DNA from: Marsupella aquatica
Taxonomy: Eukaryota > Plantae > Marchantiophyta
Reading direction: 5' to 3'
Assembly (NCBI GenBank): GCA_973895155.1
Contig: OZ316896.1
Location: 6,128,166-6,192,165 of the forward strand
DNA length: 64,000 nucleotides
Both the position numbers and the translations under genes were made by a program. Numbering within the stretch: the stretch's first letter is position 1; each line of letters opens with the position of its first letter. Of this stretch, positions 49,918 to 61,836 are shown piece after piece. The notes under the pieces are model-generated. The model was given only the letters and a program-made list of their open reading frames with translations. It was not told the DNA's origin and searched no databases.

Positions 49918-50553
49918 ATGGCTGAATGGACTTCACTCACAGACATCGAGGAGAGCAGGGTTTCAAGGAAAACTGAGGAGTTTAGAGCAACTATTTGGGC
50001 AGGCAATTATGTTGCCCGAAATCCCTACCCTAGGAAATTCACTTATGCATCCTGCCCTGTTCCAATCGAGTCTGGTTTTCCTTGTGGAAAGTCGTTGGAG
50101 TTTGGACCTCGATGTGGCCATAAGCTCCCAGGAGTCCCAAAATATAGGTTCCAGTTAATATTGTTTGATGCTTTGCATGCTGGTTGCAAGCCATTGAGAG
50201 CTCAAATTTGGAATTCTGCAAGCATTTTACTGAATTGCTCTGCACAGGACTTTGCCAACATGTCTGAACACATTCAGACCACGACAGTCCAGTCAATCAT
50301 GCATAAATGCCCTAGATTGCATGTCACCCTTGCAGTGAAGGATCTGGAACTGCACATACAGAGGCTTTCTATGGTTGATGATGTATGTCCAAGTCCGGTG
50401 CAGTTGCATTTAAGGCCCAGCACCTCAGCGAGTCCTAGTCAGGTCACTCCAACCAGAGCAAACACAGTTCGCACCCCACAGAAACCCAAAAGTGCCAAGA
50501 AAATTCTGGCCGATCTTATCGAGGCCTTGCAGCACATAGATTTAGAAGATTGA
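49918..50553 (+). CDS. RPA1 C-terminal (DBD-C)-like OB-fold/zinc-ribbon protein, 211 aa, transposon cargo
   Basis: WTSLTDIEE...FRATI...KFTYASCP-x8-CGK-x7-CGH...KYRFQLILFD...LRAQIWNSASILLNCSAQDF parallels RPA70 DBD-C (F.Y.ACP..C.KK..C..C..YRY.L.L...D...LG..A.EL). Uninterrupted ORF; an alternative upstream ATG is at 49867, but a CAG acceptor at 49914 precedes ATG 49918. Confidence 0.72.
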   Translation: MAEWTSLTDIEESRVSRKTEEFRATIWAGNYVARNPYPRKFTYASCPVPIESGFPCGKSLEFGPRCGHKLPGVPKYRFQLILFDALHAGCKPLRAQIWNSASILLNCSAQDFANMSEHIQTTTVQSIMHKCPRLHVTLAVKDLELHIQRLSMVDDVCPSPVQLHLRPSTSASPSQVTPTRANTVRTPQKPKSAKKILADLIEALQHIDLED

Positions 50554-50781
50554 ATGCTGTAACTTATTTTGTGTAGTTACAGAATATGTAAATCTTTCAT
50601 AAATGTCAAGAGACAGTAATAAACATTTGTACCTCTTGAATATGGATATATCTTAGTTGTATGGTTTTTGGGCCTTGTATATTCACCAGTTGTTTTCTGA
50701 ATATGGCTGCCTTGTTTCCTTTTATGTGCCTTAAAGTTCTCTGTAAATACCAATGTGCAGTGCAAAGGATTGTTCGTCATA

Positions 50782-51983
50782 ATGCCACGAGTGTCTGATC
50801 GTCAAAAACAGCTCAGACAGGTGAAACAGAAATTGGAGATGAACATTGCATTGCAAACTTCTGGCAGTGACTCTGATGGTCAAAATAGTGACAGGTCTTT
50901 AAGCTCACTGGAGCGTTTTGATTGCATCAACCCTCCACTTGAATATTCCAGCAGTAATAATGGATCTGCTACATTGCATGATTCCTCTGACTCAGACAGA
51001 GAGGAAGATACTCATGAGTCACACAATCCATCTGAGCTTTTTGAGATTTACTTCTTATTGTATAACACACGGTACTTTATCCCTCACACCCTTTCTTTGA
51101 AGTCAAATGAGTTTGCCACACAATTCTTTCACAACCTGCCTGATAGATTGTTTAGACAGTTGAGCAGAATGGATAAGTCATCCTTTTTCCACCTCATGCA
51201 GCTGATAGAGTCTCACCCAATCTTCAAGAATCAGTTCAGGCATCAACAGACACCTATAGTGAGGCAGTTGGCTGTTTGCCTCGACCGCCTTGGCCATGAC
51301 GGCAATGGTGCTTGCCTCAATCATCTTATCCCAACCTGGGGTGTTAGCAGTGGATCTTTGGTGCATTTCTCTAAGCGATGCTTTCTTGCCCTTGAGGATG
51401 TGCTTAAAGAGCAGATTCAGTGGCCAACCAGGAGGGACCGTGCCCCCATGCTTGAGGCTTTTGCAAAACTTGGTTTCGAGGGTGTGTGGGTCTCATAGAT
51501 GGGTCCCTCTTGCCTCTATCTCAGAGACCACATCACCATGGAGAGTGCTACTATGACCGCAAATGCAGATATTCTGTCAATGTTCAAGTGGTTTGTGACC
51601 ACCGACAAAAGATCTTATTCATGTTCACAGGTAAGTGTGAATGGCTTGCCAAACAATAACTTTATAGATGTGTTAAATCCAGACCTGTCATCAGATCACA
51701 GTTTTAATTTCAGTGGTGAATGCCTGGTTCCTGCTCTGACCTCACTTGTTTGAGGAAATCACCCATGTAGGACTTTTGTTGTGGTGCTGGAAGCAACAAA
51801 ATATTTGGAGAGGACCAATACTTGCTTGGGGACTCTGGTTACCAACCAGAGGGCATGGCTGCTCACCCTGCATGAGCGACTAGGCATGGAGTTACTACAA
51901 TGGGCAATGCTTTGTTACTGAGGGTCATGGATGAAGCTTTGGAACTGCATCGTAGGCCTGGAGGTTTTTTGAATTCTCAATGA
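50782..51983 (+). pseudogene. Harbinger-type DDE transposase (HARBI1/DDE_Tnp_4-like), inactivated
   Basis: MPRVSDRQ..., FRQLSRMDKSSF..L..HPIF, QLAVCLDRLGHDGNG, then a 1-nt frameshift at ~51484 into CVGLIDGSLLPL..YYDRK.RYSVNVQVVCD; intron from 51631; PGSCSD, in-frame TAG, YLLGDSGY; the region carrying the catalytic Glu appears deleted. Confidence 0.88.
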
Positions 51984-52656
51984 GGTAATTGCATCAGCCT
52001 TTACCTGTTTAATTTATTTGTAGACTGAGGCTGTATGCTCATGTTACAGAGCATACTTGACAAGGATAGATTGTGCAGAAGTTGAATACCTGACTTATTT
52101 GTCTTTGCTTTGTGCAGGGTGAGGCTCAGTTGATTGAAGACAAGAGATGTGCCTAGATGGGTTTGCACGATTTTGCTTTTAGAGAGTTGTTATTTTGTTT
52201 AGTAAGGCAATCTAGAAGAAGAATTGCCCTGTCAATTGCAGACTATGTTGTGGACAGTGCCATAGTCCACAACTACATTTTGTGTTTTGGCTGCCACATA
52301 TATAAATTTTCCCAAGTTGGATTGAGTTGCCCTGTTGTTCCAATTACAGTGAAGGTTCCCAAAGCGATAAAGCATTGTTTAGCATTGTGAATCCATGTGT
52401 CATTAAAATTCCCAACTGAATCCAGAAAAGCCATCTGGAAATTGAAAGACGTAAACCACCAAAATTGTGAATTTTCACATTGCATTGAAAATATGGTACG
52501 TACAAAAGTTGCATCCTAGATGCTGCATTCTGGCAAATTATCCTAAACCCTGTTGGACCTTTAGGAGTGTCACTCGGGACTTCACTTACAAGAGGCCGAG
52601 ACTCCTGTATAACACCTGGCTATATATATATGTGCAAATAAAAGTAAAAAGATGAA

Positions 52657-54077
52657 TCAAAGTACTTCTCCCGAGTTTGCAGTCCCATTCTCAGGGCAAA
52701 ATCCAGGGATCATACTCATAAGCACCCTGATCTCGGTCTGACTCTTGTTGGATCTCAGCAGTTCAGTTACCATCAAATTAGACTGCTGGGCTTTCAGCAT
52801 TGCCAATTGATGGAGTTGGTCTAGCTTAGCCTGTTTCGCTTGATGTTCTTGTTCCAGTTTAGCCCGTTTCTCTTCATGCCTCCTTTGGAGGCGATCTCTC
52901 TTGAGGGCCTCAACTGCAAGGATCTCCCTTGCCTCCCAAGCTCTTGAGTCCTCCACTTGTCTTTCACTGTCATCATTTGCTGGCGAAATGAATTCTTCTC
53001 AGCTGGCTTCTCTGCATATAGTTCAGCAAGATTAGGCCTCGATGTTGACTGCGAAGTTGCTGGCCTCTTAACAGGCCTCCTTGCTCCAGCAATGGTGTTG
53101 CGATCTACACTTGGGACTTCAGGAGTAGTAGCATCGGCCCCAGGAATTCCTGAATTGCCTGGAGGTGCTGCCGTGGGCCGTTGAGTAGTTTGCTCTGATA
53201 CACACGGCTCGGCGCTCATCGGGTGAGCCTCCTCAGTGGCCTGGCTGATGTCTGGTTGTGGCCGTGACTGGAAATCATAATCGTCATTGGCAAATGTTGA
53301 TGTAAAGTTGAATTGCGACTCAGGCTCTCTTTCGTAGCCAGATTCTACATCAGACAAAATAACAATTAGCATGATTGTTAATAAAACGTACAAGGAATGG
53401 CACCTAATATCATGACCTGAAGCCAAATGGAATTCAGATATCTGTGTAGGGAAAGTACCTAAATTATCGTCGTTATCAGCAGTTTGATCCTCGTCATCTG
53501 ATGGGTGGATATAGAGTTCGGGATAACCCGGTAACCCTGCTGTCCCTAAGCTTGGAGGTTGGACATTGGCCCTCTCTCCATACAAAGCATGCATGCGATC
53601 ATAATGTGGGCAGATTTTTTCAAGCTTATCCTCCAAAGTCAGTCCTGCACGGAGCTCTCCCAGTGACACCCCTGCACCTGAATCGCATTTCAACGCTAGC
53701 GCCTCCTTGTACTTCTTCACATAACGATTGAATCGTTTCCCCAAGTTTTCCCCTGTGCTCACAAATTTTGGAAATCCTTTCGAGTGTAAGATGACTAGCA
53801 TAATTGCAAATACAGTTTTTTTGGAGGGGTGTCTTACCCCAACAGCCAGTCGACGATTTGATCCATTCAACATGGCAAAGTTATCTTCATCCTCAAGCCA
53901 ATCGACTATCTTTGCCAAATGCTCTGGCAACAGTTTTCGATTGTCGCCAGCCGCATTTTCCCGAGCATTAGGAGGCGCCATGTCTGCCTGAACGGAATGC
54001 TGTGAGTCGGGGACATGAAATGGCGTCTGCGAAGCTCCTGCTTGTTCACTCTCACCATATGACTGACTAATGTCCAT
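52657..54077 (-). pseudogene. Harbinger accessory Myb/SANT-like DNA-binding protein (one frameshift)
   Basis: IVDWLEDEDNF...RFNRYVKKYKEA...SGAGV...TLEDKLEKICPHYDRMHALYGERANVQPP; probable intron 53458-53345; frameshift near 52960 into a coiled-coil C-terminus ending ...TELLRSNKSQTEIRVLM. Confidence 0.75.
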
Positions 54078-55109
54078 GCTGCCTGCTTAAGAAGGAGACC
54101 TGAATTGATTTTGCGTCGTGATTCCTGGATTCAGAGGGGGAACGCAGGATTTCAAACTAAAAAATGTCGTGGACAGTGGCGAAAACGGCGCATTTCAAAT
54201 TTGCCTCGCGTTTTCTCAAGAATTGGCCAGCCGTTTCCTGAACGTCGACTTACGTTTAACCAAGCACTTAACCCACGTCTTGACCCACTCCGGGCTCCTG
54301 CGACACCACTCAATTTTAAGTACCCCTGTCGTGTTTCAGCCCACGACAGTGGACGCGGCCAAACTTTTGGGCCATTATACGCGCGGACGGCCGTCCGGCC
54401 AAGTGGTCCATTTTTTAAATTTTGAGACGCCCTAATAAGGTGAGTTTTTTTGTTCCATATTGGTATTTGAGACGTCCTAATGGAGCCCAAGGCTACGCTT
54501 GTGCAGTCCAGTCAGTACTGGTAGGTGCGTGACTGCGTGTACGGCAGCATATGGTATGACCTGGTATGCCCTTCCCGGGCAGGATGGGTGGCCTGCCCGT
54601 GCTGTGTAGCATGATCAGATGGGGAACGAGATTTGGAGCGGCTTGTCCCCCTCCCGAATCGGGACGGGGCCGGATGCGATTTGGAGTCGGGAGCGCGGGC
54701 AGGCGGGTTGGGGTCGGACGGGAGGATCAGTGCAGGGACGGCAGTACCTGCAGGTACTAGTGAGTAGTACCGTAGACAGGAGGACTGCCCAGCCAGAGCC
54801 AAAGAACTACCCCCCGCCCAGGCAGAGCAAAGTACAGGAGGGGAGGAGCGTAGACGGAGGCAAGGAACAACGAGGGACACACAAAATCCCACAAGGTGAA
54901 AGCTCTAGAGCACACGGTGGAAGGAAAATGGGATGGGAGCATAGTCGGCACAGAAGGAGCTCCAGTAGTAGTTGTCAGCCTATTATTATCGGCAAAGGAT
55001 CGCGAGTGCACAGGCCGGAATTGTATACTTGCGTTACCTTGGTAGAACTTACCGTGTTGGTTAGTCGAGAGGCTTCCGGAGGTAAACGGAGGTTCTTAGT
55101 GAGGAGCAG

Positions 55110-58100
55110 ATGGCAACGGATGGATTGATCGAGCCGGATTCGTTCGACCTGATCGTGGTGGGAACTGGGTTGCAAGAGGCGATGCTGGCAGCAGCTGCTG
55201 CCGCATCACGCCGCTTCTCGGTACTGCACCTCGATCCGCATGAGTTCTACGGTGCCCACTGGACTTCCCTCGACTTTCAGCAGTTTTCTTCGTGGGCCAG
55301 CAATGGAGGTCTTTTCTCAGTCCCTTCTCAGCCTTTGCCTCCTCCAGAGGAATTGGCTGCATCCGGAGAAGGAGACGCGTTTGTTCATGATTTGGATGGA
55401 AGTACTGTTAGTAATTTGAGTGGTCAGGATTTGAATCATCACATTGACGAAGAACTTATTGAAAAGAATCGGACATTATCTGTCGAGGAGGAGCTCAACA
55501 GTGACAGGAGAGGAGAAGCGCCTGTTCTCGCTGATGAGGGTGAATTTGAAGAAATTAAGCTTGAATCAGGAAAGGAGGGTTTGTTCTCGGGGTTCGAAGT
55601 TTTTGAGTATGAGGGGGTGTCGCTAGGACCGTCGAGATCTTACAGCATTGACCTGTGCGGACCGAGGTTAACGTTTTGTGGGAGCAATTTAGTGAATTTG
55701 TTACTACGTTCTGGAGCAAGCCACTACTTGGATTTTAAGGGGGTCGACGCCAGCTACATTTGGACAGGGGAAGCGGGCGGTATGTCAGCTGTTCCTTCCT
55801 CGAGGGCAGATGTTTTCAGGGATAAGGCCTTGAGCCTTCCGGACAAACGGTTTCTCATGCGGTTTTTCAAGCTTGTGACAGACTACGCCAACGCCAGTTC
55901 CGAAGAACAGCAGCTCATTGTTGATATTTCGGCGGAGGATCTGGATGCTCCATTTTTGGACTTTATGCAGCGGCAACGTCTTCCTACTTCTATTCAATCG
56001 TACAGAGCAGTTTAACCTACTGGAGGCCATGATGGATTGTAGTGGATGCTGTGCTTCACTGCGTCATCCTGTTGTAGTCAATGCAAGTTACAAATTTGAC
56101 TCACCACTTCAGTTCTGGTACTGTTGATGGATGGATGGATGGTGTTGTCAAAAGGAACCAGAGTCAGGTTGTCTCAGAAATTGCAAAACGATGGTACTGT
56201 CAGAAGGGAACATGGTCAGTGTGTTTCTCGTTGATGTCAAAACGAACCATTGTCAGATAACCGAAATGTCAACTCGATGTTGCTCTTAAATGGAACCATA
56301 TTCAGGTTGTTTCACCAAATTCCATTATGGGGCTTTCAAAAGAAACCAGTGAGTTGTTTCAGCAATTTTGAAAAAGATTTTGCTGTCAAATGGAACTCTA
56401 ATCAGGCTGTACCCCCAAGTTTCAATTGGCTAGTACTGTCCAAGAGCATGAGAATTAGGTCGCCCCTCCAAATCCCAACGTGTCGTGGATTGAGATTGCA
56501 GAGCTCGAATAGTAGCTTCTTAGTTGAATGCATCATGGGTCCTAAATAAATTGCACATGGATTTGACGTCTTTGAATGTTGTATGCATTGCGAATGAAGA
56601 GGCGTGCTGGAGTGAAACTTTTATGTGCTCACTGTTTCGTCTTTCCTGAAACGTGTCACCACAGAATTATATTCTATGCCATAGCCCTCGTCGATGAGGA
56701 TCAACAACCTGAAGTGGGAGACTCCAGTGCCCTTCTCAAGACCCGGGATGGCCTGCAGAAGTTGGCTCTATACCTTACCTCGGTTGCCAGGTGAGAGATG
56801 TTTTCTTTTTCCCGGTGTCTCAACGTGTCATTCTATTCTTGTACAAGGGTTGCGCAATTTTGTTTCCTTCATTTCTTGACAAGAATTGAATTCACCTTTC
56901 TATTTTATTTCATGCATTTGAATTATTTTCAGTGCATTGAAATGCGAAGCCAAGGTCAATATTTGCATAAGCACTTAATGCTATTTGCTGACAATTTGTC
57001 TGAAATGCTTACGCAGGTTTCCAAATGCATCTGGTGCATTTCTATACCCTCTTTATGGACAAGGTGAACTTCCGCAAGCGTTCTGCCGCTCAGCCGCAGT
57101 CAATGGAGCCCTTTATGTATGATATTAGTCCCCATTGAAACAGTATTTTGCATTTTCTATTTACCTCAATACGTTCGTTGTCGCAAGGCTGGTAGTTTAG
57201 TAAATAGCGATTCATGCAATTGCCTCTTGATTGTGTCTTTGGGTATAGAGTTTCCCTAGAAATTGAACAGTTGAGAGTTCAGATCTTGTCGAAATAACCG
57301 TGTTGGGAGGGCCCTGTTCGCATCACCATTTTCCAGCTGTCATTGGTTTCTGGGGGATCTCTCTGTAAAATTATGAACCTCTATGAGTCACATTGTGAAA
57401 CCGTTAAGACTCGGCTCGTATGGTTGCTGACTGGAAACTGTTGACATTGCCTGGTAGGTTCTCCGACGACCAGTGAAGTCCTTACTTCTAGACAAGGTAG
57501 GTTTTGTTCCAGTCCTTTGTGAATAATGCTGGAAAGACTTAGCGAAAGTGACTTCCATTTTCTTGGTATCCTCAAATTTTGAATTTTGTGCCTATTCAAG
57601 GACGTGCCAATGAGATTCAAATTTGTCCTTAGCATGCCTACCTAAACTTTGAGATTGATACTTTTGGAGTGTAGGTTTCGAAGGAGTATAAAGGAGTTCG
57701 GACATTCCAGGGTCAAGTTCTTTTCAGCAAGAGACTGATATTGGGACCCAGTGTTCTGCCAACACCTGGTGGTGGTGTTGACCTCTCATTTGCCAAATCG
57801 GATGACCAGTCTAAGGAAGGCACTCACCCAATCTCTTCAGCTAGTGGTGCAACGGGCTTGCCTGGAGAAAGGGTGGGCTCTCAAGTTGCACGATGTGTCT
57901 GCATAACAGATCGTTCACTGTGTGATGGACAAAACACTCTATTGGTGATCTTTCCTCCTCGATGTAAGACGATTCTGTCAATTCCGAGTGTTTCCGTTTT
58001 CTTCAAATTAAGTGCCCTCTCAGTGTATTGTAATTCAAGCTCCACCTGGCTATATATTCTAAAGATCGTTCATAGCAGAACTCTGCCAAATAACTCGAGG

Positions 58101-59315
58101 TTGGAGAAACGATTATAAGTTTTTTTTCATATAGTCAATGGGGGCGACTCTAAGAACTCTATCTTTTATATGGTGCAGCTGTCCACGGAAAAGGGTCACA
58201 TTCCATTCGAGCTTTGCAGTTGAGCAGTGCTGCGTCAGTCTGTCCAGAGGACAAGTAGGTTACCTGTCAGCTTAGGAGGTCCTTGCATGCTGAATAGGGT
58301 TTCCTTCCGGATGTTGATCGTTATGATGTTGTGGCTCTGGTTGTTTGAAGGTGATGTTCCTGTTAAAGTAATGTTCAAAGAATTGATGTGAAGAGAATAC
58401 GGATTGCTTTCGGATTTTAACAATGACCAGAAATGAAAGAGCAATCACAGCCAGCATGATCAGCATGTCTTAATTTTCTCACATATTGATGGGGCTACAG
58501 AGTTCTAGCAACAGTTCTATGTAGTGATCCCTCGAAGTTTGAATTTCCTCTGTGAAAAGCTTTGTAATCTATTATTTTATCCGAAGTTATCTGGTAAAGT
58601 GGGGTGGCTTCTGTGTCGCGCGTGAAGCTAATGCAGTCACAGGAAATTGAGTTATATAACCGCGTTCGTTTGTGGATTTAGGTATGTTGTACAGTTGTCT
58701 ACGATTTGCACGAATGGGAGGGACGGGCGAATCGCTCTTGAAGCAGCAGTTCAGGCTCTCTTTGCAAGTTCGCATGACACAGAGGCAAAGAACAGTGCAC
58801 CTGATAGTATGACAACTGTGTCGAACAAGCCCAACTTGCTCTGGTCTACTTTCTACGTACAAGCTTTGCATACGAATGTAGAAGACTTGGTAAGAAGCAA
58901 ATGCAAAGACGTCATATAGAGATTGTCTGGGGATTCTTCCTTGCAGCACTTTCCTTCATTATCATGGCGCAGGGCATTATCATGATTGTGCATGTCTCAA
59001 GTCTAAGAGCCTGACAGTGGTGTTCTGGCTTTGACAGAATGTAGCAGGAGTTGCTTTCTGTAGAATCCCAGATGGGACTCTGGATGGCGAAAAGTTGTTG
59101 ACAGAAACTGAAAAGGTCAGTTTTACCATAAAGTTCATTCCACGCATTGGCTGTTGGGCAATTAGGTAGCCAGAAATTTCTCGAGGTGTCTTGCTGCTAT
59201 CTTGACGTCGATTCACTGTTGATGGATGCAGTTATTTAGGGAGATTTTCCCAGATGAAGACTTCTTTCCTCAAGCTGTCGCAACAAAGGATGCAGGAGAG
59301 GATGATGACCTATAA
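55110..59315 (+). CDS. REP: Rab escort protein (Rab geranylgeranyltransferase component A, GDI/CHM family)
   Basis: [96 protein letters not shown]. In-phase GT-AG exons: 55110-55999, 56665-56790, 57017-57116, 57458-57496, 57675-57963, 58179-58254, 58682-58889, 59038-59115, 59232-59315. Confidence 0.95.
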
Positions 59316-61836
59316 GAGACTTGAATAGTGATGAGTCGTACGTACATCCTTTCTCTATTGGTCTACATCCAAGGTTGCTGGAAGGTGTTGGAACTTTGAG
59401 CACACTTAGGAGAACTGGTGCAGCTTTTAGCCATAAAGTGGCGAGTGCTCCAGTAGATTGCATATATTCCGAAACTCGATGATGATGACGCAGTTTGTTG
59501 CTCATTGAAGTAGCATGTGGCCCAGTGGATTCAAATATTGGGATATAATTAAGGTTTTGTTGTCAAGATCTCTGATGACAGTTAGTGGATTTTTGATTGA
59601 TTAAACTCATAGGTGGTCAAGTACCAGGTTGAGTGCATGTCTGTCCTTACTGAGGGAGTCTTTTCAATGACCGCTATTTGGAGGAGTCCCTGGACAAATT
59701 GTTTTCCCAGGCTTTTAGAGCGTTCAGATCAATAGTGTCAGAGATGACAATTTATATTTGAGTCTTCGAGGCTTGAAATTGGTTGGTACTCTCGTACTGT
59801 AATGCAAATTTGCCTCTCCACATCAAAATCAGAATGCCACCCGTTTTTCATGCGATTCCCTCAGGTGTTTGTGCTTCCATGATGTCTACGATCGTTGTAG
59901 AATGCCTCCATTCTCCCAAGTTTCCGGACGAGATACCTGAGACCTAACATTTGTCAACCGTACACTGCTAACCGAAGAGCAAACCGTTCGGTCAATACCA
60001 ACGGCGTGGACTTTCAAAAATGGAAAACTAGGTCGGGAAACGAAATAATGTACTGCACATCTCGCTCAGCAAAAGCCCCCACCGAGCACGAAACTCACGA
60101 CAAACACTCGTAACTTGAAAGAAGTTGAATTGACATTTTCCTAACGAGCGCAAATAACAGTGCAATGCAACGGGCCCATGCCGGAATGCAAGGCAAGTTT
60201 AAATGGTTTGTGGATTGACGCGACAGTTCCTTCACATGGACAGTGAAAACGTAAACAGGAACCGGAAGGGTCAGATCCCAATTAAACAGCTGAATGAGTG
60301 TGTCAAACGCGGTTACGATTCTGTACACACGAGGGAGCGTTTTCCTGTTCGGCCTGCAACCAGAGTCAATCCCTAAGAACAGGTTCCCACGCCGCGCCCT
60401 TGATGCCATTACGAGAAGATTTGAAGGCAGGACGGGATGAACTGTACCTTGTCGAAAGATGCGTGCGGACCAATTAATTGTGTAGGCGTTCCATCACTGC
60501 TCGCCATCTGTGACACTTTAGACGCAGCAGTTCCACTGTGGCAGATGTGTTTCGTGTCTAGAATGGACGGATTGCAAACGTTTTCAGTTGATTTGATTCA
60601 CATAATGGGTTGGGTGGGGCACGGTAATTGGTAGTCATAGCAGGTACTTAATTACACATGCTCCCAGATTGAATCTCTTGACCTCATTGAATTGTTTGTA
60701 GTAGAGAGAAGGTCGCGAACAAAACCATCATCACCACTTCAATTGTCACGGAGCTTGTTCGGGGAGTGAATCTTCCCGTTGAAATGAGAGGGATTAATCA
60801 GACGCAGTCGATAATTGGTTTTAATGGCAATGTGATGGGCGCTTAGTCGGGCAAATAGAGCAGAATTCAAAGGAATAGCTTGAGAAGGTGAGTGAGCCAG
60901 CGGAAGATAGAGGCCATCACGGATACAGAAAGGTGCAGAGAAAACGGAGATGTATTTGGGAATTGAATTGACCTTAGAAGCTCATGGATCCCCAGGCAAA
61001 GGACAAAATGCAAAATTTGCTGGACATGCAACCAATAAATGTAATGCTCAGAAGGAATTGTAAGTTAACGATAGAGACAGAAACCTACTAAGGGAATGCG
61101 TGAAGGAGAGACAGCTCGATGGAAATAGAGCACTTTCAGCCAAATTCATGACAGTGCAAAGTGCAAAACCAAATCGAACAGAGATAATTGTCGAACCTCA
61201 TCCCTTCTGCCAGAAAGACCTCCCGGGACTTGATGATTACCTTGAGAGCCAAGAGTCACAAGCCAACAAGTAAGAGCACTGTCAATTCAGTAAACCCTAA
61301 ACTGATGCTCCTCGTTCTGCGCCAGTCCACGGGATCGGTCAACCTTACTCCGATTTATGCAAAGTGACTGTTTAGTAGACTCGATGAACTGTGAAATGCT
61401 CTTTGGTTTATCTAGGACCGGAAAGCTTCTTGACGCATGTTGTTCATTTCGTTCAGTGAGTTGACGTGTGTATTGAATTCCTGCCAGGCGCTGCTGATAC
61501 TCACCTGAAATGCCACAAACCATTTGAACCAGAAAAATTGACGGGATACTCACTTATATCAAAGGTCAGCCACGTACTTCCAAAGGCAAAACCGTTGTTC
61601 CCATCATCTCAGAGTTGATGCAGAAGATTACAAAACGTTAGGTAGCATTCACATTAGCAAGCAGTGGGATTTACTTGAGTCAGAGCATCAGGAAGACGAA
61701 GGAACTGCATTTGGACCTTTCGAACGAGGTATAAGCTGCTGAAGAAGAAGGCAGAGAACCGTATAAGGATAAACACCATCAAACGGATGCAACAACGTAA
61801 CAGCTCAGATCAAGGTCACAGTTAGTGTGTGAGAAG

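Larger units (their letters stand above)
49157..54433. mobile_element. PIF/Harbinger-superfamily (PHIS) DNA transposon, 5277 bp, three genes
   Basis: Perfect 15-bp TIR AGGGCGTCTCAAAAT (49157-49171) / ATTTTGAGACGCCCT (54419-54433); AAT at 49154-49156 and 54434-54436; DDE transposase and convergent Myb-like partner inside. Confidence 0.9.
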
